Shown: positions 14,038 through 26,790 of the stretch, one piece after another
Numbering within the stretch: the first letter of the stretch is position 1
Layout of the letters: the number at the start of each line of letters is the position of its first letter
Assembly: GCA_024137785.1 (NCBI GenBank)
Contig: JAHRHZ010000217.1
Coordinates: 4,235,349 to 4,299,348 of the forward strand
DNA length: 64,000 nt
Direction: 5' to 3'
Source: Ginglymostoma cirratum
Taxonomy: Eukaryota
Notes under the pieces: model-generated
What the model was told of the DNA's origin: nothing
The model's database searches: none
What the model saw: only the letters and a program-made list of their open reading frames with translations
Made by a program: the position numbers and the translations under genes

Positions 14038-14496
14038 TGAAACTTTTTAAATGTTGAGTTTATCTACTTCAATTCTTTCTGACAGTGGGAGCGACTAAGG
14101 GCAGTTTGACTCAGTCAAGATACAAGGGAAGCCTGAAGCAGATTCAGTGAACAGAAAGTGTGGTCTGGAAGTATCACAGGTGAGGTCAGCACGAGCTGCG
14201 GATCTACAAGGAACTTTCAATTCATTCCCATTCAGAAAAGCTCCTGATCAAAGCATAAGCTATTCGCCCGCCTAACTTCTCATTTAATTACTCAACGCGC
14301 TATTCTGGCAGCGTGGCGCACGCCAATCATCCGTTTTACTGTTCACTTAGCTGCAACGTGGGAAGTTAATCCCAAAAGCTGAGCTACACTGCCTAGTGGG
14401 TAATCGAGGCATGAACTCTCAAATTCCATCTCTGGTCTGCATTGAATTCGGCAGGAGTGCGTCGAACTGAGCGGAAGTGAATCAGCACAAAGAGTG

Positions 14497-14620
14497 TAAC
14501 AAAAATACTCTGGACATTGGAAATCTGAAGTAAAACGGAACAGATTGGGAATGCTCAGCAAGTTTGTGGACGAAGAAATGAGTTAACCATTCAGGTCAAT
14601 GGTCCTTCATCAAAACGTTG
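14497..14620 (-). mobile_element. Degraded PLE-type terminal repeat
   Basis: GGAAATCTGAAGTAAAACGGAA...TGCTCAGCAAG...TTCAGGTCAATGGTCCTTCATCAAAAC has the same layout as 2480-2590 and 21148-21272. Confidence 0.55.
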
Positions 14621-15219
14621 CACAGGACTGCGCCAGAGATAGCGAAGAGGGAAGAAAGAATAAACCAGAGGTCTGCGGAAGGCATCACTGATTGAAGGAC
14701 AAAGCCATCGTGGTACAAGAAGTCACAATGAAAAAAAGCAACAGATTAGGAGTGAAATCGTCAGCAGTAACAGTTTTCTGATGGGGGGGGATGCAGTATA
14801 CACGATCTGAAATTGTTGAAAACAATGGAGAATTTAGAAGGCTGTGAAGTGCCTCATTAAAAGTTGAAATATTGTTCCTCAAATTTCTGTGCAGAACCAC
14901 AACTTGGGCTTCACTCTTTAGATTGAGAGACATTCTGGTCCCTGATAACACACGAGGCAGTCAAAACACATTTTTGCGTGTGTGTTATGGTGGCATGTTC
15001 TTTCCTGGAACAGATCGCCATCAAGTCTTGAAGTGGGACATTAGAGCAGAGCTTCTAGTTCAGAATCAGTGTCGCTACCCATTGTACACAAGCTCTCCTA
15101 AATGCCAATTTTATTCCATTTTAAAACTTCCCACTGTGTTTCAAGGAAGATATATGAAATAAAATTAGCAATTTCAGTAGATAGATGTCAGGATAATTAA
15201 CCAAACTCTTGGTCCAAAT

Positions 15220-15320
15220 GAGATAATAAGGTGTAGAGCTGGATGAACACAGCAGGCCAAGCAGCATCAGAGGAGCAGGAAAGCCGACGTTTCGGGCCTA
15301 GACCCTTCTTCAGAAAATGG
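15220..15320 (-). mobile_element. PLE-derived mini-element (terminal repeat only)
   Basis: Reverse complement of 57975-58074 with few mismatches; no clear TSD. Confidence 0.85.
15286..15313 (-). ncRNA. Minimal hammerhead-ribozyme-like motif (identical core to 57981)
   Basis: The reverse complement reads CTGAAGAAGGGTCTAGGCCCGAAACGTC. Confidence 0.6.
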
Positions 15321-17179
15321 TCGATTTTAAGGGAGATAGGTAGATGGTTACTCGAGGTCCAAAACCTCGAAACTTCAGAATTCAATAGTTGACCATCTGA
15401 AGGCACAGTTGGCAATGGTGGCATGATGGAAATCGGGGATACAGAATAGGCAAAACTGGAAGAGAATAAGGGTAGCAAAGAGCTGTACCACAGAGGGGAA
15501 AAAGAGAGATAGGAAGACCACAGAGCAATGTGAACGCAGGAATGAAAACATCACCTGACCAACTGCCTTATCAATTGTATTGGTCTCAAGACTAACAGGA
15601 CTAGGCAGATCTAAACTGAAATGTCTTTTCGCGGAATTCATCCACTAACTACCGGCTATGAAAAGCACATTTGTACAGAAGAAAACCCAATGGGAGTTGG
15701 GTTGGTTGTCCCGTAATGCACCAGTCTTTCTACCCTCTTGTCAAGGTACACACAAGAATAATCAGGTACAGAGCAATGCCCATGCTCTCACCAAGAATGG
15801 AATTATAGATGTCCCAAGTTGCTTCATAGCTAATTAAGGGTATTCATAGTCACAATGTTGGAACCACAGCACAAAACCGAATTTTGCACAGTAAGCTTTC
15901 ACAAATGTGAATGAGATCCAGACTTAGACTGTGTGGTCAGCAGCAAAACATTGACATTCAGCCTTTGAAGAATATTGTTCATAAAGATTAATGGATCGCT
16001 CTGAAATGGACCTTCCCTTGTGCGGTAAGTCCTGCAGCAGCCAAGTGGGAACTCCAGGGAAGAAATCCGCCAAGCTTCTCATCACACCTACCATCAAATA
16101 AAATTTCAAGTCGTCACGCCTGCCAAAAAAAAATCAGTCAACTCTTGTTATTCACTGCTCACCCCCTGTCTCACCAAGGTGCGGTAAGAATTTTTAGTGA
16201 AGGTCTGCTTTGCTGAGGAAGTCGCCAATATTTTAAAAAGTAAATAGTGAATCAACAAAGAAAGCATTGTTTAAACACAACTCTACGCCTTTTATGGGAT
16301 AACCTTTCATCAACACCACTTTAATGTTGTCTTATTATGTTCAGATAAACACCTTAGGTCGTTTTGATGCATTAAAGGCGCTACATAAATGCAAGCTATT
16401 GTCGATCGTTAAGTGGCGCAGTAGAAAATGAAGTAAACTGTAAGGCAAAGAACGGGAGCGTTTTTGTGGTAGGGAGACAGGTGAAATAATTCACGGTCTA
16501 GCAAATAAAAACTGGCTTCTCTGTCGTCAATGCGATTAGACGGTCAATGCGATTTGATAATTAGTTCAAACGGCACTTATGAATGATGTCTGGAATACTT
16601 GTTTACTGTTATTCCCGTTGTAATCATTCTGCTGCGCCCCAGATGGAATTTGGCAACGGTTGCAAGTGTGAAATATCATTTCAAGAGAACCGGCATCTGC
16701 ATCCAGAAGACCAACCTGGCGACTCAACTCCCATACTACATTGCTCTCTCAGAGTTGAAACAATGAAGTCAGAGGCCTAACGTGGCAATGAAAATAGTGA
16801 TGAGCAGATCAACGTTTGCATCCACTGGTAGTTGTAGGATCATCTCCTGAGACTCCTCTGATTTGCCAACAGCACAGAAGTCTTTCCATGGCTGAGTAAA
16901 TTGTGCTGACTTATTCAAGATATTTAGAAGATGTCACTGCGATCCCATTCTGCCAGAATCCCCGTGGGATTTTCCGATATTGTCGTTTCAATTGAAACTC
17001 AGTGTTCTGGAGCACATGTCGGAAAAGCGTCAGCAGCAATAGCCGTTTGTTATTCCGAATTTAAAGAAGCTGCAACTGGGGTGGGAATTGGGTTACCGGA
17101 ATCCGCTAACAGTTGAATAAGAACGCTTGATGACATACCTAGTGACATCAGGTCAAACATGAGCAAATAGACGTCCTGG

Positions 17180-20100
17180 CGATTATCTCCTCTTGCACTC
17201 CTGCCTGCCCTCTTCACTATCACCCAGATGAATCAGTACTCTTCCATGCTGAACACCATTTGAAGGAAGCACAGAGGTTGGCAATGGTAGAGCATATATT
17301 CTGGGTGGGGTACTTCAATGTTCATCACCATGACTGGTGCTTCCTGCTAGCTGAGTTGGCTGATTCCTAAATTACATAGTTGTTAAACTGGGACTGCAGC
17401 AGTTGCTGAGAGAGTAAAGGAGAAACCTGTACTTGAATTTATTATCATCAGTCTAACAATTCAATAGATAAATTTATCAATGATAGTATCAGCCAAATAC
17501 ATTCCTTGTAGAGTTATTCCTGCCTTCGCATCAAGGATACCCTCTATCATACTGTGTGGACTACTGATGACTGAAGATTTATTACCAATGAGGTGCCATA
17601 GGTCATTAGCAACAGCAGAATTACATTCATCCAAATCTGTAAACCCATGGCCTTGCATAAACCTCACCCTACCATTTCCATCAAGTCAGGTGATTAACGT
17701 TTGTTCAATGAAAAGTGCTAGAGGATATGTCAAGAGCAGCACCAAGCATATCTAAAATTGAGATGCCAACCTCATGAAGCTACAATGCAGGACTACTTGT
17801 GTGCTAACTATGCACTAACAGCATGTGATAGACCAGTATGAGGGAACTCATGACTAATGGATCAAATGTAAGCTCTGCAGTCTTGCCACTTTCAGTGATG
17901 AATGGTGATGGACAATTAAACAACTCAATGGAAGAGAAGACTCTACAAATATTCCAATAAATAATGTTGGAGGAGCCCAAAACATCAGTGCAAACAGCTG
18001 ATGTATTTGAAAGCATCTTTAGCTAAAAGTTCCACAATGATTTCCAGTAACCGCAACATGTACTATGTATAAGATGCATAGTAGATATTCACACAAGACG
18101 TTGAGGCAACACCATCAAAAGCCATGACCAGTTGCATCTAGAAGGACAGGGGCAGAAAATGCATCAGAGCAACACCATCTGCAAGTTCTCTTCAAACCAC
18201 TCATCATCCTGACTTGTCCCTTCACTGTTACTGGGTCAAAATCCTGGAATTCTCTCCCTAACAGTATTATGCTTCTAGCTACAGCACAAGGACTGCAGCT
18301 GTTCAAGAAAGCAGCTCACTACACCTTCTCAAGGGCAACTAAGGAGGAGCATAAATGCTAGCCAACCAGTCACACCCATGTCCCATGAGAGATTTTTTTA
18401 AAAAAGTAGTGCGTAGACAATGCAGCTTAGTATCCCTTGCAGATTCATTATCACAGATATTAGCCTTTAGCCAATTTAATTTACTCCATGTGACATCAAG
18501 AAATGATTGAAGCTGCAGGATATAGCAAAAGCTATGGGCCCAGAATACTTTCCAGCAATACTGATGAAGTATTGTGCTCCAGAACTAGTTGCATACATAG
18601 TAATAGAGTCATGAAAATGTACACTGCGGAAACAGACTCTTTAATCCAACCTGTCCATACTGACCAGATATTCTAAATTAATCTAGTCTGATTTGCCAGC
18701 ATTTGGCGCATATCCTGCTAAACCCTTCCAATGCATGTACCCATCCAGATGCCTTTTAAATGTTGTAATTGTACCAGCCTTCACCAGCTTCTTGGCAGCT
18801 CATTCCAAACACACACCACGCTTTGCATGAAGATTTGCCCCTTTGGTCCCTTTTAAATCTTTCTCCTCTCACTTTAAACCTATACCCTCCAGGTGGACTC
18901 CCCTACCCTTGGAAAAAGACCTTGGCTATTCATTCTCTCCATACCCCTCAGTCTCCTTCAGTCTCCAAAGCTCCAGGGAAAATAGCCCCAGCCTATTCAG
19001 CCTCTCACTACACCTAACACCTTCCAGCCAAGGCAACATCCTTGTAAATCTTTTCTGAGCCCATTTAAGCTTCACAATATCTTTCCTAGGGGAGACCAGA
19101 GTTGAATGCAATATTCCAAAAGTGGCCTAATCAATGTCCTGTACAGCTGCAACATGACCTCCCAACTCCTATACTCACTGTGCTGGCCAATAAATACAAG
19201 CGTACTAAATGCCTTCTTCACTCGCTGTCTACCTGCAACTCCACTTTCAAGGAACTATGAACTGGCACCCCAAAGTCTCTTTGTTCAGCAACATCCCCAG
19301 GACCTAACCATTAAGTGTATAAATCCTGTCCTGATGTGCCTTTCCAAATGCAACACCTCACATTTATCTAAATTAAACTCTACTTGACACTCATAAGCCC
19401 ATTGGCCCATCTGATCAATGTTCCATTGTATTCTGAGATAGCCTTCTTTGCTGTCCACTACACCACCAATTTTGGTGTCATCTTCAAATGTACAAACTGT
19501 ACCTCCTATATTCACATCCAAATTATTAATATAAATGACAAAAAAAACAGTGGACTCAGCAACAACCCTTGCAGCACACCACTGGTCACAGACCTACAGT
19601 CTGAAAAGCAACCCTCCACCACCACTCTCTGTATCCTACCTTCAAGCCAATTTTGTATCCACATGACAAGTTCTCCATGTATGCCATGTGTGTTAACCTT
19701 GTTAACCAGTCTACTATGCAGGACCTTGTTGAACACCTTGCTGAAGTTCATATAGACAACATCTACCACTCTGCTTTCACCAATCTTCTTTGTCACTCCT
19801 TCAAAAAACTCAATCAAGTTAGTGAGACTCAATTTCCCATGCACAATACCATCTCGACGATCCCTAATAATTCCTTGCCTTTCCAAATGCATGTAAATCC
19901 TATCCCTCATAGTGTACTGTCCCAATGTAGATATAACACTGACATTGACCCACCAATGTGGGAAATTGCCATGTATGCCCTGCCCAGAATGAACAGGACA
20001 TATCCAGCCTGACCATTGCTTTAATGTTGCACTCACTTGACAAAAATGTGCTCATAGAAGTTCACTTTGTATTCTACAAGGTACAATCAGCCTTTGGCCT

Positions 20101-20840
20101 TTATGCAAGCTTGGTCCAAAAATTGCTAAAAGATCTGAACTCAAAATCTTAACTTAGGGTGACTGCCCTGGACATCAGGCAACATACAGCCAAGTGCAGC
20201 ATCAACATTAGGAAGATTACCATTGATCAGAAATTGGAATGGACAAGCCACATAAATACTTTGGCTTTAAAAACAGGTCGGAGCCCAGAATTCTGTGGCA
20301 CTTAACTCACTTCCTAATTTCTTAATCCTGTCCACCAACTACAAGGCACAAGTCAGTGGTGTGATGCAATATTCTCCATCTGCCTGGATCAGTTCAGTTT
20401 CACCATCACTCAAGAAATGCAACACTATCCAGCACAATGCAAACAACTTGTAATGGCACCCCAACAATGACATTCAACATTCGCTTGATGCGTAATGACA
20501 GCAGTGTACCGTCTACAAGATATGTTGCAACAACTCTCCAAGACACCTTCAATAGCACCTTCCAAATCCGCCATCACTACCACCTAAAAGGACAAGGGCG
20601 GCAGACCCGTGTAAGCACCATGACCTCCAAGATCCCTCACGTAGTCGCAGAAAGTTCCGAATTGAATTTATATCGTTGTTTCTTCACTCTTGTTAGGACA
20701 ACATTTTGGAACTTCGTAACAGAATTGTGGATGTTTCCATGCCACTTGGACTCCAGCAGTTCAAGAAGACAGTTCACCACAACTTTCTCAAGAGCAGTTA
20801 CGGGAACAATAAATGTTGGCCACATTCCCTGAATGAAACA
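17180..20840 (+). mobile_element. Degraded CR1-like LINE (APE to 3' tail) hosting nested insertions
   Basis: WVGYFNVHH (APE GDFN motif) near 17302, RT-region remnants, and 3' tails at ~18110-18390 and ~20540-20840. Confidence 0.7.
18602..19907 (-). mobile_element. CR1-clade LINE RT fragment nested in the older LINE
   Basis: LTNLIEFFEGVTKKIGESRVVDVVYMNFSKVFNKV...VTSGVLQGLLLSPLFF and FEDDTKIGG, with frameshifts. CATAGT is duplicated at 18596-18601 and 19908-19913. Confidence 0.9.
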
Positions 20841-21147
20841 GAAAAGACTTGTCTCAGTCCCTGAAGCAAGCATCATTTACCCCGGACTCGTTCAGTGAAG
20901 CGCAATGCGCTATATATTTAATCAACGATGCTTTATAAATGCAGGATGTTGTAATGGTTGGCAGAAGCGCCTGTAACTAAGACTTGCAGCCACTGCCATC
21001 CATCGGTGGCCCGGCATCAAGAAGTTTCAATAACGACCGAGGTTCGATTCCAAATCACTGCCGAATCGTGTCGCAGCTCTCCATCAGCGCCTCTCCACGG
21101 TATACGGTTCAGGTGAAAAATTCAGCAATGTTAAAAACTGAAAGAAT

Positions 21148-21272
21148 TGCGAATTCTGGAAATCAGAAATAAAAATTAAAGCAGAAATTGCCGGAAAAGC
21201 TCTGCAGGTCTGGCAGCACCTTTGGAGAGAAATCGGAGTTAACCTTTCGGGTCCAGGGACCCTCAGAACTGA
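21148..21272 (-). mobile_element. Degraded PLE-type terminal repeat
   Basis: CTGGAAATCAGAAAT...CAGGTCTGGCAGCACC...TTTCGGGTCCAGGGACCCTCAGAACT, with stem GGGTCC/GGACCC retained. Confidence 0.6.
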
Positions 21273-22612
21273 GAACTTCCTCACAACTTTCAACAATGTT
21301 GGTATTCTGAACACAGCCAACATAAGGGTTAGCACTGGCGGGAGAAGGGTGGCCTGTCACTGAGCTAATGCTGGCGTTGCTATTTGGGTTAAGGTAAAAG
21401 CTAAAATAGGTCTGAATTGAGATTCGGATCCTGTATTCAGGCAAAATGTAAAAATACCAACCGCTTTGCGATTAGATTTTGGGTTCGGGTTGGCAAATAT
21501 AGTGTGCGTTTTTTGACGGAAATTAGGAACTAAAATTTTAGGGAAAGAGATAGAAAGAGTTTTGCTGAGGGGGTTACATTCTGTTCTTGAAGTTATCTGG
21601 GAGAAGCGGCGAACCTCCGCGGAAATTCACTGCCACCACGTGTACAGACTTCTACTCTTGTCAAATGTCAACAATATCGTTAAGGTCAAGGGCTTCTTCC
21701 GAAAATTGACTCACACAAGAAAGAAAAAACTCAGCTCCGCCTATTGCAAAGAATGCAGAATGCCTAGCCTATTGGAGTCATTCCTCCACTCTTGTGTCAA
21801 ACTGAAATGATTGCAGACATTTCTCCGCGGGGAGATTCACACTGTGGCGCTTCGGAATCAGATAGGAAGCCGAACGTTTAGCTGTTTTAATTCTGCATCG
21901 GAACAACAATGGCCGTCTATTACAGCCTGTTTCAATGCCCCGCAGGGCAACCCGTGGCATCGGTTAATTTTGGAAAGTGTTGGATTGTTTCACCCCCCCC
22001 CCCCCCAGTTAAACTGTGAGGGCTTAAAAACTGAGACACGTTGTTTGCTCCTTTAAAGCAAAACCAGAATCTGTGCCGCAATAGCGTGTGTCCAATAACT
22101 GTGCACTTCCCACGGACTTAATTAGAGGACGTGTGGCATCCTGTGGGAGATGTTGCTTAACGCAGCTTGATTGATTTCTTGGACGCCACCTTGTAAAAAT
22201 GATAGCAGCCGCTTTCTTATCATGCATAGGACAGCGACGGTAATAAATCATTTCAATTTTGCTGTTTACCACATTTTTAAATACCTAGAGATTTGCAAGA
22301 AATTCCAGTGGAAGGCATTCTGGTGCACGCCACGCTTTACTGACAGTCACACGGTTACTCTATGAAATATTTATCACAATACTTTTTTTTAGGCTTGAGC
22401 TATTTGAAGGGCAGCTCCATTTTGTTCCCTTCAATCGTATTCATAGATCGTTCACAAATCAGATTGTCCATGTACTTAAGATTCGGGGCTTCAAATGTAA
22501 CATGTTTTAAAGAAGTGTGTTTATGTCCGCTATTCACGCATCCACGTCCGATCATTCCATTCCATAGAGGTTCGGCTCAAATAAAGTCCCAATTTTAACG
22601 CACCCATAAATA

Positions 22613-22780
22613 CAAACAGAAAATACTAGATGTACTCAGCATGATTGGGTGACATCTGTGAAGGCAGAAAAGGAACGAATATTTCTTAACGTCGTTGTCT
22701 TCACAGATGCTGCTCAACCTGCTAAATATACCTAACTTTTTTTAAATTTCAGGTTGTTAGCATAAGCAGTATCTTGCCTT
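22613..22780. mobile_element. Old fold-back PLE-type element
   Basis: Residual inverted symmetry (CATCTGTGAAGGCA ... TGTCTTCACAGATG) with a PLE terminal-repeat-like tail. Confidence 0.45.
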
Positions 22781-23099
22781 TAAAATGTCATTCTAGTTTT
22801 TAAACTCAGGTTTTCTGATGGCCTCACTTTCCATATCTGTGAAATTTCCGTCAAGTCTATAATCTTCCGAGATCTCCACGTTCCCCCAGTTCTGCCCTCT
22901 TACACTGCTGGTACTTTCTTACTCCAGGACTTGCTAGGTCCTCCCTGTTCAGCTGCCTGGCACTGGAATTTGCTTTTTTTACTGTTAGTCTCATTTAAAA
23001 GCAAAAGTTTCCTCACTTGACTTATTATCTCCCCGCTTGACTGGATGTCAAGTTTGTTTTATAACCTCCTTTTGAAGGCCTGCGCATTATTTAAAATAC

Positions 23100-23380
23100 T
23101 GTGGGATATGGGCTTGCCAATATTTATTGTCCATCCCTCCCCCTCCTTCCCCCCACCCCACCCCCCTCAATGGGGCCTCCGAGATCATATCAGAAGGCAG
23201 TTAAGAGCCGACAGTGCTACTAGAAAATTCAAGTCACATGTAGGCCAGGCCAGATAAGGGTAACAGATCTCCCTCCCTGAAGGACATTACTGAAGCATTC
23301 ACAATAAGTGATGATAGTTGCACAGTCGTCCTTACTCAGACCAGTTTTATCATAAAGATTAATTTCACTGAATTTAGATT
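23100..23380 (-). mobile_element. tRNA-derived SINE (family B) fragment
   Basis: GTCACATGTAGGCCAGGCCAGATAAGGGTAACAGATCTCCCTCCCTGAAGGACATTA is antisense to 59690-59750. Confidence 0.65.
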
Positions 23381-23819
23381 ATTATGTTCAAAATGCTACA
23401 TGAATGTAAACTAACGTTGTGATAACGGTAATGTTGGCTTTTTAAAAAATAATGTTGCATGTGTTTGCTGAGTTGATTTCAAAACATTGTGTAAATATGA
23501 GCCCTAAAATCTAAAGGACACCCTGGTATTCGTGTGTGTGGTCAGCATTTCTCTTTCTTTTATACAAAGGCTGGTGGAAGTGAGGTTAGTTCCCTTAGAG
23601 TTTCACAGTCCCACTAATTTGTGATTGCTTGCCTGTAAATTCCAGACCATCAGTATGATCTACGGGTCAGAATGTGTTTTAACTTAATTATTCAACAGTA
23701 CAAATCTGTAAACAGTAACAGTTCAGTGACTGGTTATTTGACTAGATATTGTTCTTGTTATGTTGCACTAGGATCTTTATAAAAAGGCTCATTGGAAGCA
23801 GTATTGGGACAAGGCAGTT

Positions 23820-24152
23820 TTCTTTTAATCCTTAATGGATGTGGGCATTTCTTGCCCATCCCTAATACCCTGAAACTGAGAGGCTTGCGAGGTCATTCAA
23901 AAGGGAATGAAACATCAAACACATTTCTGTGGGTTTGGTCGAACGAGCAAGGATGGGAGATTTCTCTTCCTAAAGAGGGCACTAGTGAGCCAGATGCTCC
24001 CCGCTCCCCCATCCAACCCCTGCCACCATTAAAAAAATGTTCTAGGTTTATTTACTGAATTTGAACTCCTTCAGCTGTAGTGGTGGAATTTGAATCCATA
24101 TCTTCAGAAATTGGAAAGTTCAATGCAATTGACACTTTTTCACCATCTCCCT
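23820..24152 (-). mobile_element. tRNA-derived SINE (family B), degraded
   Basis: Antisense homology to 59509-59835. Confidence 0.55.
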
Positions 24153-26020
24153 TAAAAGGGGTTTCAAAGAGAATAGATCTTAGAAATCTTAGTAATAGAA
24201 CTATTATGGGTTTATCTCAAGTATAGAATACCCAAAAGTGTATAGTTACACTCTGGAATTTCTGGCGTAGGCAGGTATTTGCCATGTAAAAATGTTTTGA
24301 CATTGACATTGAAATATGAAACCACTTTTCTTATATTTTAATTTAGTGACATTCTTAACTGGCACAAGAAGTTTGCCTTTAGGACAAGGTTCTTGCAGAC
24401 ATTTTGTGACATGCAGTTTTCTTAAAGCCATAATGACAAATAATATTTATGGCAATTTGAAAGTGCATTGCAGAAAACAACATTTAAATTACATAAAATA
24501 AATCACCTGAGATTCAAGTTTTTTTTGGCTGCAATTGAACTGCATATACCAACAACAGACTAACAGCTGTGAAACGTGATGTGCCGTTGCTCAGATCAGT
24601 TATCTGTCACTAGCCATATACATCCATCGAGGTGCAGCTAGGTTGGTGATAAAGGAGCTCTGCTTCTTCCGGACGCTAGTTTTTCCTAATGTAAAGAAAA
24701 CTTAAGTGTTCCTTCCTCAGTAGTATTAAACACATTGCATTTAAACACTAAAATAAGTGCAATTTCAGTCAAAGCAGAAAATAAAAATATCATTTTTGCA
24801 CCAATGAGCATCTGAAGCCTCTTTGCATTGATCTGAAAACAGTACTGTAATGCTAGACTGTTATGGAATACACTTACAGTAATACCAAATGTCAAAATAG
24901 ATCAACTATGTGCTATATAATTTTGGAATGGAATTGAATAGCATTCCCTAATTTAGGGGACATCATAAATCATACAAGGAGATTTATTTGAATAAATTAT
25001 ATCAATCATAAGAATCCTTGAGTTTATGATTTATCATTTAATTCACTCACTGTAATTTAATATTTGGTGTAAATGAGCAATGTATAGCTCTTAATAACTT
25101 ATTTTCCCCTTTGTTTAGTTTGTTGTAAAATTTCATTACTTTAGACTGTGGAAAGATATAGCATTCTTTTACAACACCTATAAAAGTAAGGTTATTTGTA
25201 AAACAATACACAATGTAAAAAATGCAGCAATGTCTCTACATTTTTAAAGATGTTAAGAGAGAGATGAGTCATATGTATTCATAATAAATACCAGAGAAAG
25301 TAATGGTGAGTTTCAAGACAAACTCAATTGTGTACCATTAAGTATCAAGCTTAAGCATTGGCAAGTAGTTCACCAGACCATCTTGAAGGCTCAACCAGTT
25401 GTTTATTGTTCTGGTAACAAAGTGATAGACCAAAATTCGTGCAGCACAACTGCCAAGATTAAAAAGGAACAGGAAAGAAAGTTAGACAAATCAAGACAGT
25501 AGTTACATGATTCCAAACTTGAGTTTAAAGTATTGTAGGCTGAAAAGATACTGAGAGAGCAACATAGTTCACAAATTTCACAGAGTGTGGAAAAAAACGT
25601 GAAAGAAATGAATCCTGAGATCAATGCAAGGAGGATTGATTTAAGAAAATGACTAATGTCCAGAAAAGTAATGGCCAACTTCTTTGCTGTCAAGAGAATA
25701 TTTGTCAGAACTACTGGAAGAGCTTCATAAATAGCTTGGAAATTGTGGATAAACATGGGAACTTTTTAAAAGTTAAAGGTCATTGAAAGAGAAGACAAAC
25801 TATCTGACACTTGATAATTCCAAACATATGCAAAAAAAATCTTCCTTACTATTAGTATCAGGACTTTTGACTGTTTGGAAGGGAAAGCTGGTAGTACAAG
25901 GGACATGAAAATGTATCGAATGCAAAGTAACAGATATTCATGTGTTAATAAGTTTACTTTTCATCAAAATATGGCAACTATATGAAATACCCATATGAAA
26001 ACAACAACTAATCTGTGCTT

Positions 26021-26553
26021 GATAACAAGCATGGGGCTGGATGAACACAGCAGGTCAAGCAGCATCANNNNNNNNNNNNNNNNNNNNNNNNNNNNNNNNN
26101 NNNNNNNNNNNNNNNNNNNNNNNNNNNNNNNNNNNNNNNNNNNNNNNNNNNNNNNNNNNNNNNNNNNNNNNNNNNNNNNNNNNNNNNNNNNNNNNNNNNN
26201 NNNNNNNNNNNNNNNNNNNNNNNNNNNNNNNNNNNNNNNNNNNNNNNNNNNNNNNNNNNNNNNNNNNNNNNNNNNNNNNNNNNNNNNNNNNNNNNNNNNN
26301 NNNNNNNNNNNNNNNNNNNNNNNNNNNNNNNNNNNNNNNNNNNNNNNNNNNNNNNNNNNNNNNNNNNNNNNNNNNNNNNNNNNNNNNNNNNNNNNNNNNN
26401 NNNNNNNNNNNNNNNNNNNNNNNNNNNNNNNNNNNNNNNNNNNNNNNNNNNNNNNNNNNNNNNNNNNCTGTGATGCTGCTTGACCTGCTGTGTTCATCCA
26501 GCCCCATGCTTGTTATCTCGGATTCTCCAGCATCTGCAGTACCTTTTATCTCT
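26021..26553. mobile_element. Fold-back PLE-derived element spanning an assembly gap, 15-bp TSD
   Basis: The sequence left of the gap (26021-26067) is the exact reverse complement of the sequence right of it. CTAATCTGTGCTTGA occurs at 26008-26022 and 26552-26566. Confidence 0.85.
26068..26467. other. Assembly gap (400 N)
   Basis: Run of N. Confidence 1.
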
Positions 26554-26604
26554 AATCTGTGCTTGAATATTTTCTCAAGCTCTTGATTAAAATATTAGAT
26601 TTAA

Positions 26605-26790
26605 TTTGCTAGCTCAGTTAGCTAGCTAATGAGAGAGTGGTTGAGATTAAAGCCACCAACATGAATTCAGTCCCTGAACTGACAGTGATTGTTCATGGAG
26701 GCCTGCACCATCACCTGACTGTGTGCAATGGTTGCTCTCAGCCAATTATCTTTGTCTAATGGAGAAGTGCTTCTTATTTCTAACTTTATG
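26605..26790 (+). mobile_element. Degraded family-A SINE
   Basis: TAGCTCAGTTAG head and partial homology to 5751-5965. Confidence 0.4.

Noticed and set aside
21320-21545. Interstitial telomeric-like GGGTTA words
   Set aside because: Scattered single hexamers, no tandem array.
25964-26586. Long ORFs across 26068-26467
   Set aside because: Artefacts of the N gap.
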